DNA from: Polynucleobacter sp.
Lineage (GTDB): Bacteria; Pseudomonadota; Gammaproteobacteria; Burkholderiales; Burkholderiaceae
Direction of reading: 5' to 3'
Assembly (NCBI GenBank): GCA_030696845.1
Contig: JAUYRJ010000081.1
Location: 3,919 to 67,918, forward strand
DNA: 64,000 bases
This document shows positions 55,605-64,000 of this stretch, one piece after another. The position numbers and the translations under genes are program-made. Numbering within the stretch: position 1 is the stretch's first letter; every line of letters starts with the position of its first letter. Below the pieces are notes generated by a model. That model saw only the letters and a list, made by a program, of their open reading frames with translations. It was not told where the DNA came from and ran no database searches.

Positions 55605-56474
55605 TTAGCGACGCGGCTCGACCAGCTCCAAGCGATTGCCCTGGCCGCCATCGCGCCGGAAGTCAAAGGTCGACACCCAGTCGAGTACATCGATTTGCTT
55701 ACGCATCTCTGGTGGAAAGGAGCCATATGGGGCGGCGGCCCGCACAATCGCGACGGCCTGGCGATCCAATTCCGCGATACCGGAGGAGCGACGCACTTCG
55801 ATTCCTTCCTTGCCATTCGCTTGAAATGCGATTTTGCCTTGCGCATCCACGCTCACCACCAGCACCACGCTACCGTACAGGGGCCGGCCATTGGCCCTGG
55901 GGAAAAAAGCGCTGCCATAGGCTTCAATTTTCTGACGCATGGCATCGTAGTAACTCGCAAACACGACTGCCTTCGTGCTGCTCGCCGTCAACATCGCTCG
56001 GCGCGGCGCTTTACCATCGGCTTGCAAGCGCTTAGCTAATTCTGCCTCTAGGGCATTGAGTTGTGAAACCAGGCGTTGCTCCTCACCGCTACGCTTACCC
56101 GCTGCCGCATTTTTTTCCGCTTGCAAGCGAGAGAGCATCTGCTGTTGGTTTTTCTCGAGAGCCTCAAGGCGCGCCTCCGCGCCGAGACGCGCGCGGTGCA
56201 TCGCACTGGCCTCTTGATCTAAGGTAAGGCCACCACCCTGCAAATCGGCTTGCGCTAGCTTGATGGCTTTCTTGGGCGGAGTTTGGCTGCTGGAGTTGAC
56301 CAGCACCACGCTTAATGGGGTATTGAATCTGCGTTGCTGAACCTCGGTATAACCCCAGCGAAAAGACAGAAAGATTGCGTGCAAGAGAAGTGAGGCGCCT
56401 AGCGCAAACCAAATTGGATGCCGTCGCCACAACAGTTGAATACGATCGATTAAACGCACGCGCGCACCATGCAC
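55605..56474 (-). CDS. TonB-family protein (C-terminal TonB domain)
   Basis: N-terminal TM (ALGASLLLHAIFL) and C-terminal V.V...G......SSG..ELDRQAVAIV..AAP motif; rnb-tonB-aroE synteny. Confidence 0.8.
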   Translation of the reverse strand: MHGARVRLIDRIQLLWRRHPIWFALGASLLLHAIFLSFRWGYTEVQQRRFNTPLSVVLVNSSSQTPPKKAIKLAQADLQGGGLTLDQEASAMHRARLGAEARLEALEKNQQQMLSRLQAEKNAAAGKRSGEEQRLVSQLNALEAELAKRLQADGKAPRRAMLTASSTKAVVFASYYDAMRQKIEAYGSAFFPRANGRPLYGSVVLVVSVDAQGKIAFQANGKEGIEVRRSSGIAELDRQAVAIVRAAAPYGSFPPEMRKQIDVLDWVSTFDFRRDGGQGNRLELVEPRR

Positions 56475-58555
56475 TATTCGGAAGGAGTGTCGCCTGCCGG
56501 CTGCGAACCCTCTGACGCAGCCGAGTCCGCCTCAAGCGCAAGCGCATCAGCGGCATCAGTGACATCCACGGCTTCAGCAGATACCGCGCTGCGTTCAATT
56601 TGATGCACGCGCACGCTGGCACTGAGCTGCAATAAATCCGTTTCCAGAATCGCGATTTCAGCGCGCGTCATGCGCGGATGGGATGCGAGCTCCGGAATCG
56701 GCAAATGCAGTGGAATGGCCTCTAAGCGACTCATGCCTTCTTTGAGGTGGCGCGCGAATACACTGCGTGGCAAAGGCTCTTGAGCCAACCAGCGCAGGCA
56801 CCAGTATTTTTCTAAGCGATCTTGGTATTCCGCATAGGACTGATAACAGGCTTCAAAATCGGCCGCGATCCCCATAAGACTGGCATCACGCGGCTGAAAC
56901 GGTGCCACCATTTTTGCAGTGACGCCATGGCGAGCTAGCGCAATCAATTGCCACTGATTCACTAAGTCCGAATAGCGCCGTAGGGGCGAGGTGCACCAAG
57001 CGTAATATTCCAAGCCCAGACCCTCATGCGGCGCAGGCGTGGTTTGCATGCGCGTGCGCTGTGGTCCCCACCCCTTTTGGGTTCTGAATAAAGCCGGCAG
57101 GCCATGATCAGCCAATGTTTTGCCCCAGGTGCTGTTGCAGTAGATCATCCACTCGGCCACAATCGTATCGAGCACCGACCCACGCGACCGCGCCTGAATC
57201 TCCACCCGCTCCACACCATCAAACTCGGTAATCTGAAACTGAAAATCACGCTGCAGGGCGTTGGGGTCAACGACGCCCAATTGCTCGACACGCAAGCCGT
57301 TTTTAGCGCGCTGCGCTTGACGCTGGGCGTGCAATTTTTGCGCGGCGCGCCACAAGACGAATAACTCGCTCTCAAACGCGCATGCGGCGCTACTGCCGGG
57401 CTCAAAGAGGGGATCCGTAAAGCGACTGACGTGCTCCTCTATGTGCTCTAAACGCAAATTGGCGCTGATGGGCACTAGCTCAATGCGCGTTTGCGCCGGC
57501 TGATCGACGACATTACCGTCCGCATCAATCTCAACATAAATCGATACGGCCGGCCGCGCAGCGCCTTCGTCTAAAGAGAAGCGCTCTATCACCGCATCGG
57601 GCAGCATCGTGATCTTGTCGCCCGGCATATAGACCGTGGACATGCGGGCTCGCGCGACTTGATCCAGCGAATCCTCTTTCGTGATCACGAGGCCCGGAGC
57701 GGCGATGTGCACGCCCACACGGTAGCCACCCTCAGGCAAAACACTCACCGATAAAGCGTCATCGATTTCCGTAGTGGCTGTGTCATCAATAGAAAACGCG
57801 TTGACATCCGCTGTGGGCAGCATCGCAATCGCCGCATCGTAGACCGCATCGGCAATCGTCGCGTCGGCATGGTGCCCAGCGCCATTCGGAAAGTTGCTCC
57901 TTAAAAACTGACCCTGGTGGTATGCCAGCGGCGACTCTAATGCGCCGCAGCGCATCATGAGTTGCGGCGGCGACTCTCCGGTCGCATTGCAAGCCGCCAA
58001 AAATGCTTTATAAGCTAAGGTATTTTTATCGGGATGGAAGAGCAGCGCTTTGGCCTGCGATCGTAATTCTTCCGGAAAGCGACCCGCAATCAACTCGGCT
58101 TGCCATTTTTCCTGCTGTTCGTGTTCACGCTGTTTGCGCTCCAGCGCCGCAAGCCCCGCATCGAGCTGTTCCTTCGGTGCGCGCATAAAGCGGCCGCGCT
58201 GTTTGCGCCGAAAGAACACTGGCGCGCCTTGCAAGGCGATCGCTAAAGCCGCTTGTTGCGCGGGGCTGACTTGACCCCCAAAATACTCCGACGCAATCTC
58301 GCTAAATGCGAACTCGCCCTCCGGAGCGCAATCCCATAGCAATTGCAAATCGATTTCCGCAGCCAAGGCATTGGCCTCATCCATGAGCTGCTGTGCATCG
58401 GGCTGATCAAAGCGCAGCCACACTTCCTTGGCTTTGAGTTTGAGTTTCTTACCCGATAGGCTGGTTGCCTGCCAAGACTGGGCATCGCCTTCGCCAGTGG
58501 ATGACTGTACCGTAGCAGCCTTAATATCGCCGCTTTCTTCATAGAGCAGGTACAT
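56474..58555 (-). CDS. Ribonuclease II/R family (RNB domain) exoribonuclease
   Basis: FSIDD..TTEIDDALS and TSPLRRYSDLVNQ motifs. Confidence 0.9.
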   Translation of the reverse strand: MYLLYEESGDIKAATVQSSTGEGDAQSWQATSLSGKKLKLKAKEVWLRFDQPDAQQLMDEANALAAEIDLQLLWDCAPEGEFAFSEIASEYFGGQVSPAQQAALAIALQGAPVFFRRKQRGRFMRAPKEQLDAGLAALERKQREHEQQEKWQAELIAGRFPEELRSQAKALLFHPDKNTLAYKAFLAACNATGESPPQLMMRCGALESPLAYHQGQFLRSNFPNGAGHHADATIADAVYDAAIAMLPTADVNAFSIDDTATTEIDDALSVSVLPEGGYRVGVHIAAPGLVITKEDSLDQVARARMSTVYMPGDKITMLPDAVIERFSLDEGAARPAVSIYVEIDADGNVVDQPAQTRIELVPISANLRLEHIEEHVSRFTDPLFEPGSSAACAFESELFVLWRAAQKLHAQRQAQRAKNGLRVEQLGVVDPNALQRDFQFQITEFDGVERVEIQARSRGSVLDTIVAEWMIYCNSTWGKTLADHGLPALFRTQKGWGPQRTRMQTTPAPHEGLGLEYYAWCTSPLRRYSDLVNQWQLIALARHGVTAKMVAPFQPRDASLMGIAADFEACYQSYAEYQDRLEKYWCLRWLAQEPLPRSVFARHLKEGMSRLEAIPLHLPIPELASHPRMTRAEIAILETDLLQLSASVRVHQIERSAVSAEAVDVTDAADALALEADSAASEGSQPAGDTPSE

Positions 58556-58557
58556 GA

Positions 58558-59292
58558 TTAGAGTGAGATCCCGCCGCTGGCTTCTATGGTGGCGCCGTTG
58601 ATGTAACTGGCTTCATCGCTCGCTAAAAATAAATACACATTGGCCATTTCTTCGGGGGTACCAAGGCGCCCCATCCACGTACGCTTGGCAATGTCGTCCA
58701 AAATCGGCGCTGGCATCGCCATCACCATCTCCGTGCCAATAAAACCGGGGCAAATGGCATTAACCCGAATGCCCTTCGGACCGAGTTCACGCGCCCACGT
58801 TTTCGTAAAGCCAATCACACCAAATTTGGTTGCCGAGTAATTGGTCTGACCAAAGTTGCCATACAAACCCACCACGCTGGATGCATTCACAATCGCACCG
58901 CGCTTGGCTTCCAGCATGTGCGGCACAACCAATTGTGTACAGTTAAAAACGCCTTTGAGATTGACATCAATGACCGCATCAAATTGCATTTCAGTCATTT
59001 TCACAAGGCGCGCGTCTTGGGTAATGCCGGCGTTATTGATCAAGATATCGATGCGGCCATGCTGCTGCATGATGCGATCCACTGCGCTCGCAATCGTAGC
59101 GCGATCGGTGACATTCACCACATGGGTCTGCGCATTCGGTATTTGCGCGGCGGCTTTTTCCAGTTCAAGGGGATTGATGTCCATGAGCATGACCTGAGCG
59201 CCCTCATGAGCAAAGCGAATGGCGGTCGCTAAACCAATGCCTTTGGCAGCGCCTGTAATGATGGCTACCTTATCCTGTAATCGTGCTTGCAT
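58558..59292 (-). CDS. 3-oxoacyl-ACP reductase-like SDR (FabG family)
   Basis: [16 protein letters not shown] and NYSATK motifs. Confidence 0.88.
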   Translation of the reverse strand: MQARLQDKVAIITGAAKGIGLATAIRFAHEGAQVMLMDINPLELEKAAAQIPNAQTHVVNVTDRATIASAVDRIMQQHGRIDILINNAGITQDARLVKMTEMQFDAVIDVNLKGVFNCTQLVVPHMLEAKRGAIVNASSVVGLYGNFGQTNYSATKFGVIGFTKTWARELGPKGIRVNAICPGFIGTEMVMAMPAPILDDIAKRTWMGRLGTPEEMANVYLFLASDEASYINGATIEASGGISL

Positions 59293-59310
59293 GAACCGTC
59301 TTTCTATTTC

Positions 59311-60762
59311 TTAGTATTTCTCAACAATGCCCTGCACGAGTTTTTGATGTACGCCACCAAAACCGCCATTACTCATCACCAATATATGATCGCCTGGCTT
59401 GGCTTCAGCCACCACTGCGCTCACCAGTTTTTCCACGTCATCAAAGGCCTGCGCGCGCTGCGCCGCTTGCTGCGCTTCTTTCTGCATTTCTTTCTGCGTT
59501 TCTTGCTGCACCCCTTTCTGATTCAAGGGAGCCAATACCTCCGCCAAATCCCAGCCCAATGCTGCCTTACCACTTGCCGCGCCATAGGCATAAATGCGAT
59601 CGGCCGCTTCTAAACTGACTGGCAACTGCGCTTTCATGACACCGAGCTTCATGGTGTTCGACCGAGGCTCGAGTACCGCCAAAATTCGCCCACTGCCAAC
59701 CCGCCTGCGTAAGCCATCCAGCGTAGTGGTAATCGCGGTGGGGTGATGCGCAAAATCGTCGTAAATGGTGATGCCATTATGCTGCCCCACAGTCTCTAAG
59801 CGACGCTTTACGTTTTTAAATTGCGCCAAGGCAAGCGCAGCATCCGCTGGACTGATACCAATGTGCGCCGCCGCCGCGATTGCCGCCAAGGCATTGAGTT
59901 GATTGTGGCGCCCCATCACTCCGGAATTCGGCGCCCAGCACACGGTAGCTACTTCCTTACCTTCCCGCAAGACGGTAAAGTCATCATTGGGGTGTGGCCG
60001 CATCGACCACGTATTTTTAGCATCCAAACCAAAACGCGCTACGGGTGACCAGGTGCCGCGCTCCAAGACCCGCTCTAAGGATGCCTCAGCGCCATTGACA
60101 ACCAACAATCCTTCGCTGGGAACCGTGCGCACCAGGTGGTGAAACTGTGTTTCAATCGCGGCTAAGTCAGCAAAAATATCGGCGTGATCAAACTCGAGGT
60201 TGTTGAGTAAAGCCGTGCGCGGCCGGTAGTGTACAAACTTGCTGCGCTTATCAAAAAAGGCAGTGTCGTACTCATCGGCTTCGATCACAAAGTAGTTGCT
60301 ATTACCGAGGCGCGCCGATACCGTGAAATTGAGCGGTACCCCACCAATTAAATACCCCGGCTCTTTACCATTGAATTCCAGAATCCAAGCCAGCATGGCG
60401 GAGGTAGTCGTTTTGCCGTGGGTACCGGCTACCGCAAGGACATGCCGCCCATAGAGCACTTGCTCACCAAGCCACTGCGGGCCGGATACGTATGGCAAGC
60501 CTTGATTGAGAATGGCCTCCATCAGCGGATTACCCCGAGAAACCACATTGCCAATCACGAATAAGTCGGGCTGACTGCCCAGTTGCGATAATTGCTCGGT
60601 GGAGTATCCTTCGATGAGTTCAATCCCTTGGGCTTCCAGCTGGGTACTCATGGGGGGATACACATTAGCGTCGCACCCCGTAACACGATGACCGGCTTGC
60701 CGAGCGATGGCGGCAATACCGCCCATAAAGGTGCCGCAAATGCCCAAGATATGTATATGCAT
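59311..60762 (-). CDS. mpl: UDP-N-acetylmuramate:L-alanyl-gamma-D-glutamyl-meso-diaminopimelate ligase (murein peptide ligase)
   Basis: MHIHILGICGTFMGG, GTHGKTTT, DDFAHHPTAI and VMSNGGFGG motifs. Confidence 0.95.
   Translation of the reverse strand: MHIHILGICGTFMGGIAAIARQAGHRVTGCDANVYPPMSTQLEAQGIELIEGYSTEQLSQLGSQPDLFVIGNVVSRGNPLMEAILNQGLPYVSGPQWLGEQVLYGRHVLAVAGTHGKTTTSAMLAWILEFNGKEPGYLIGGVPLNFTVSARLGNSNYFVIEADEYDTAFFDKRSKFVHYRPRTALLNNLEFDHADIFADLAAIETQFHHLVRTVPSEGLLVVNGAEASLERVLERGTWSPVARFGLDAKNTWSMRPHPNDDFTVLREGKEVATVCWAPNSGVMGRHNQLNALAAIAAAAHIGISPADAALALAQFKNVKRRLETVGQHNGITIYDDFAHHPTAITTTLDGLRRRVGSGRILAVLEPRSNTMKLGVMKAQLPVSLEAADRIYAYGAASGKAALGWDLAEVLAPLNQKGVQQETQKEMQKEAQQAAQRAQAFDDVEKLVSAVVAEAKPGDHILVMSNGGFGGVHQKLVQGIVEKY
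59467..59512 (-). repeat. Degenerate 12-bp in-frame tandem repeat x4 in mpl (VQQE-TQKE-MQKE-AQQ)
   Basis: TTGCTGCGCTTC TTTCTGCATTTC TTTCTGCGTTTC TTGCTGCACC on +. Confidence 0.8.
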
Positions 60763-60782
60763 GACTGAATTTTAGCGAAGGA

Positions 60783-61316
60783 GTGGCTGTGAACCGTAGA
60801 CAAATGCTAATCATTACCGGAATGAGCCTGGTTGGCCTAGCTGCCGGCCTCATTACGTCGAGCTGGATTTACCGCGACGGCACCGCCACCCCAGAATCCG
60901 TAACGGCCTTATTTGCGAATTCTTGGAGCAAACCCGACAACACCCCAATCGATACAGCCGAGTGGCAAAACCGCGTACTCGTTGTGAACTTTTGGGCCTC
61001 GTGGTGCCCTCCCTGCGTTGAAGAGATGCCCGCCTTGAGTAATTTGCAAGATGAGTTTGCCGCACAAAAGGTCTTATTTGTCGGTATCGGTATCGATACA
61101 CCCTCTAATATTCGTCAATTTCTGGAAACAACCCTCGTTTCCTATCCAATTGTGATGGGCGGCTTGCAAGGCAGTCAAATTGGCAAGGCCTTGGGCAATA
61201 CGCAAGGGGCGCTCCCCTATACCGTGGTGATTAATGCCAAGGGCCAGGTGACCAACACCAAGCTGGGCAAGATAAACGAAGATGAGCTCAGAAAGCAGAT
61301 AAAAGCTGCTCTTTAA
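60783..61316 (+). CDS. TlpA/ResA-family thiol-disulfide oxidoreductase
   Basis: N-terminal TM anchor and VVNFWASWCPPCVEEMP motif. Confidence 0.92.
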   Translation: MAVNRRQMLIITGMSLVGLAAGLITSSWIYRDGTATPESVTALFANSWSKPDNTPIDTAEWQNRVLVVNFWASWCPPCVEEMPALSNLQDEFAAQKVLFVGIGIDTPSNIRQFLETTLVSYPIVMGGLQGSQIGKALGNTQGALPYTVVINAKGQVTNTKLGKINEDELRKQIKAAL

Positions 61317-61588
61317 TGATTTTTATTGCTTTTAAAACCTGAATTGATCTCCGCTTTTATATTAAATCTATTACCTTAAAAGTGTTTATTTGTATCTAAT
61401 CGGCATAAATTTCTTATTTTTAAGCCTTCTCTAGCACCATTTCAAAAGTCTAAGCAGGTATACTTCGCTAGACGCTTTTCGAACTGATACCTCTAGCACC
61501 GACTTGGTTTTATTGTCTTTAGTTAGAGCTTCAATCATTGGATTGCTTGACATCATCTGTTCTTAACTGTTCCTAAAATTAGTGATTT

Positions 61589-62053
61589 ATGTCAAAAAAC
61601 CCTTTAGTTTTAGTTATCCAGGGCCCCAACCTGAACCTACTTGGTAGCCGCGAACCGCAGGTTTATGGTCACACCACCCTGGCTGACATTCATCAGCGCC
61701 TCGCGGATCACGCTAAAACCGCTGCAATTGAGCTGGACACCTTCCAAAGTAACCACGAAGGAGAGTTGATTGACCGGATTCAGAAAGCCAAATCCGATGG
61801 GGTGGATTTCATCATCATCAATCCAGGTGGTTTTACCCACACCAGCGTAGCCTTGCGCGATGCCTTGGCTGGCGTTGCGATTCCGTTTATCGAAGTCCAT
61901 TTATCGAATATTCACCAGCGGGAAGAGTTCCGTAAACATTCCTATTTGTCGGATGTGGCAAAAGGGGTGATCTGCGGTCTGGGTCCGATTGGCTATGAGC
62001 TTGCCTTGCAAGCGGCCGTTCAGCACATCAACGCGCCCAAAGCATCTTCCTAA
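61589..62053 (+). CDS. aroQ: Type II 3-dehydroquinate dehydratase
   Basis: [24 protein letters not shown] and EVHLSN motifs. Confidence 0.96.
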   Translation: MSKNPLVLVIQGPNLNLLGSREPQVYGHTTLADIHQRLADHAKTAAIELDTFQSNHEGELIDRIQKAKSDGVDFIIINPGGFTHTSVALRDALAGVAIPFIEVHLSNIHQREEFRKHSYLSDVAKGVICGLGPIGYELALQAAVQHINAPKASS

Positions 62054-62069
62054 TCTTCCTAATCTTCCT
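62044..62069 (+). repeat. 9-bp tandem repeat x3 spanning the aroQ stop codon
   Basis: ATCTTCCTA ATCTTCCTA ATCTTCCT. Confidence 0.9.
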
Positions 62070-62125
62070 TATTTTTTGTATTTGAACCTATATCCCCATC
62101 ATTTTTGTAAGAAGGACGTCACTCC

Positions 62126-62608
62126 ATGGATCTGAGAAAACTAAAAACACTGATTGATTTGGTTTCTGAATCAGGCATTTCTGAGCTTGAAGTCAATGAA
62201 GGTGAAGATCGTGTTCGGATTGTGAATGCAAAGTTAGCGGAGGCGCAACACCATGCGGCGCCTGTTACGTACGCAACCCCTGCTCCTGCGCCAGTAAGCG
62301 CTCCAGCTCCAGTAGTTGCAGCGCCTAGTGCTGAGCAAACCGCTGCTGCTGAAACTGCCAGCGCAGCCGCGGCTGGTTTTGTAGCCAAATCCCCGATGGT
62401 TGGTACCTTTTACCGTGCGCCCAATCCAGAATCGCCTAACTTCGTTAACGTCGGCGATACCGTGACGGTTGGTCAAACCCTCTGCATCATTGAAGCCATG
62501 AAGCTCCTGAATGAAATCGAATCGGAAAAAGCGGGTGTGGTTAAACAGATTTTGTGTGAAAACGGACAAGGCGTTGAGTACGATCAGCCTTTGTTTGTGA
62601 TTGCCTAA
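62126..62608 (+). CDS. accB: Acetyl-CoA carboxylase biotin carboxyl carrier protein
   Basis: [20 protein letters not shown] and biotinylation motif EAMK. Confidence 0.97.
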   Translation: MDLRKLKTLIDLVSESGISELEVNEGEDRVRIVNAKLAEAQHHAAPVTYATPAPAPVSAPAPVVAAPSAEQTAAAETASAAAAGFVAKSPMVGTFYRAPNPESPNFVNVGDTVTVGQTLCIIEAMKLLNEIESEKAGVVKQILCENGQGVEYDQPLFVIA

Positions 62609-62648
62609 TTTTTCTCACAGCACCTCACTACCTAAAAGTTAAGCCGAC

Positions 62649-64000
62649 ATGTTCGATAAGATTCTGATTGCCAACCGAGGAGAAATTGCTCTTCGCATCC
62701 AGCGCGCCTGTCGCGAGCTGGGCATTAAAACGGTTGTGGTGTACTCCGTTGCCGATAAAGAGGCGAAATACGTCAAGCTCGCTGATGAAGCGGTGTGCAT
62801 TGGTCCGGCGCCATCACCGCTCAGTTACCTCAATATGCCAGCCATTATTTCTGCGGCGGAAGTAACCGATGCGGAAGCAATCCATCCGGGTTATGGTTTT
62901 TTATCTGAGAATGCCGACTTTGCAGAGCGCGTAGAAAAATCGGGCTTTGCCTTTATCGGTCCACGCCCTGAATCGATTCGCCTGATGGGCGACAAAGTTT
63001 CCGCCAAGCGCGCGATGATTAAAGCGGGCGTACCGTGCGTACCGGGATCGGAAGGCGCCCTGCCCGATAACCCCAAAGAAATTATCGCCATCGCGAAAAA
63101 AGTGGGTTACCCCGTGATCATTAAAGCTGCCGGCGGTGGTGGTGGTCGCGGTATGCGCGTCGTGCATACCGAAGCGGCGCTGGTCAATGCGGTCAATATG
63201 ACCCGCGAAGAAGCAGGCCGCGCCTTCGGCAATCCCGAAGTGTATATGGAGAAGTTTTTAGAAAAGCCGCGCCATGTGGAAATTCAGATTCTGGCAGATA
63301 CCCATGGCAATGCCATTTGGCTGGGCGAGCGCGATTGCTCGATGCAGCGACGTCACCAAAAAATTATTGAAGAAGCGCCAGCGCCCGGCATTGATCGCCG
63401 CTTGATCGCCAAAATTGGTGAGCGCTGCGCGGAAGCCTGCCGGAAAATTGGTTACCGCGGTGCCGGCACCTTTGAGTTTCTGTACGAAGACGGTGAATTT
63501 TTCTTTATCGAGATGAACACCCGTGTTCAGGTAGAGCATCCCGTTACCGAAATGATTACGGGTGTCGATATTGTTCAAGAGCAAATTCGGATTGCGGCTG
63601 GACTCAAACTCGCATACCGCCAAAAAGATATCGTCTTTCAGGGGCACTCCATCGAATGTCGCATTAACGCGGAAGACCCATTTAAATTTACGCCCAGTCC
63701 CGGTCGCATTCAGTCATGGCATATGCCTGGGGGGCCTGGCATTCGGGTCGATTCGCACGCGTATAGCGGCTATATGGTGCCACCCAACTACGATTCGATG
63801 ATTGGTAAATTGATTTCCTACGGCAAAACCCGTGAGCAGGCGATTCGCCGCATGCGCATCGCCCTTTCGGAAATCGTCATCGATGGCATCACCACGAACA
63901 TTCCGCTGCACCGCGAACTGATGCTGGATCCCAACTTCGAAGAAGGGGGCACCAGCATTCATTACCTCGAGCATCGCCTCGAAGAGCAAGCCGCTAGTCG
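62649..64000 (+). CDS. accC: Acetyl-CoA carboxylase biotin carboxylase subunit; partial, runs off the window end
   Basis: Not in the ORF track. ATG at 62649 gives [21 protein letters not shown], with [10 protein letters not shown] and [14 protein letters not shown] downstream. Confidence 0.96.
   Translation, partial: MFDKILIANRGEIALRIQRACRELGIKTVVVYSVADKEAKYVKLADEAVCIGPAPSPLSYLNMPAIISAAEVTDAEAIHPGYGFLSENADFAERVEKSGFAFIGPRPESIRLMGDKVSAKRAMIKAGVPCVPGSEGALPDNPKEIIAIAKKVGYPVIIKAAGGGGGRGMRVVHTEAALVNAVNMTREEAGRAFGNPEVYMEKFLEKPRHVEIQILADTHGNAIWLGERDCSMQRRHQKIIEEAPAPGIDRRLIAKIGERCAEACRKIGYRGAGTFEFLYEDGEFFFIEMNTRVQVEHPVTEMITGVDIVQEQIRIAAGLKLAYRQKDIVFQGHSIECRINAEDPFKFTPSPGRIQSWHMPGGPGIRVDSHAYSGYMVPPNYDSMIGKLISYGKTREQAIRRMRIALSEIVIDGITTNIPLHRELMLDPNFEEGGTSIHYLEHRLEEQAAS

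Noticed and set aside
61429-61500. 10-bp direct repeat CTCTAGCACC (61429-61438 and 61491-61500) upstream of aroQ
   Set aside because: Only two short copies; compatible with chance and not a CRISPR-like array.

Overview
A 64-kb chromosomal window from a Burkholderiales betaproteobacterium; gene content and order look Polynucleobacter-like (inference, not a database result). Positions 1-18.6 kb are a minus-strand LPS/O-antigen locus. It encodes CDP-3,6-dideoxyhexose (rfbFGH), GDP-L-fucose (manC-gmd-fcl) and dTDP-L-rhamnose (rfbBDAC) pathways, heptosyltransferase I, GT2/GT4/GT10 glycosyltransferases, an uncharacterised DUF6492-like protein and an embedded 671-aa NHL/beta-propeller lipoprotein. 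The rest is core housekeeping (pyrB/pyrR, ruvX, yqgE, phr, apaH, hemL, rubredoxin, proA, holA, lptE, leuS, dapB, bamE, fur, gap, tkt, rsmE, maeB, thiL, pgpA, cinA, corA, pyrF, mtgA, aroE, tonB, rnb, mpl, aroQ, accB, accC). Toxin-antitoxin modules are scattered through it with no recognisable integrase or transposase nearby. Four pairs are intact: HTH-HipA, PemIK, YefM-YoeB and PrlF-YhaV. There is also a YefM with a dead YoeB, a frameshifted remnant of a HipA-associated gene family, and several antitoxin/immunity-like genes without a toxin. Other oddities are a ruvX lacking a canonical in-frame start, G9/G8 tracts upstream of the fucose genes, and many short tandem micro-duplications. No rRNA, tRNA or CRISPR array was seen.
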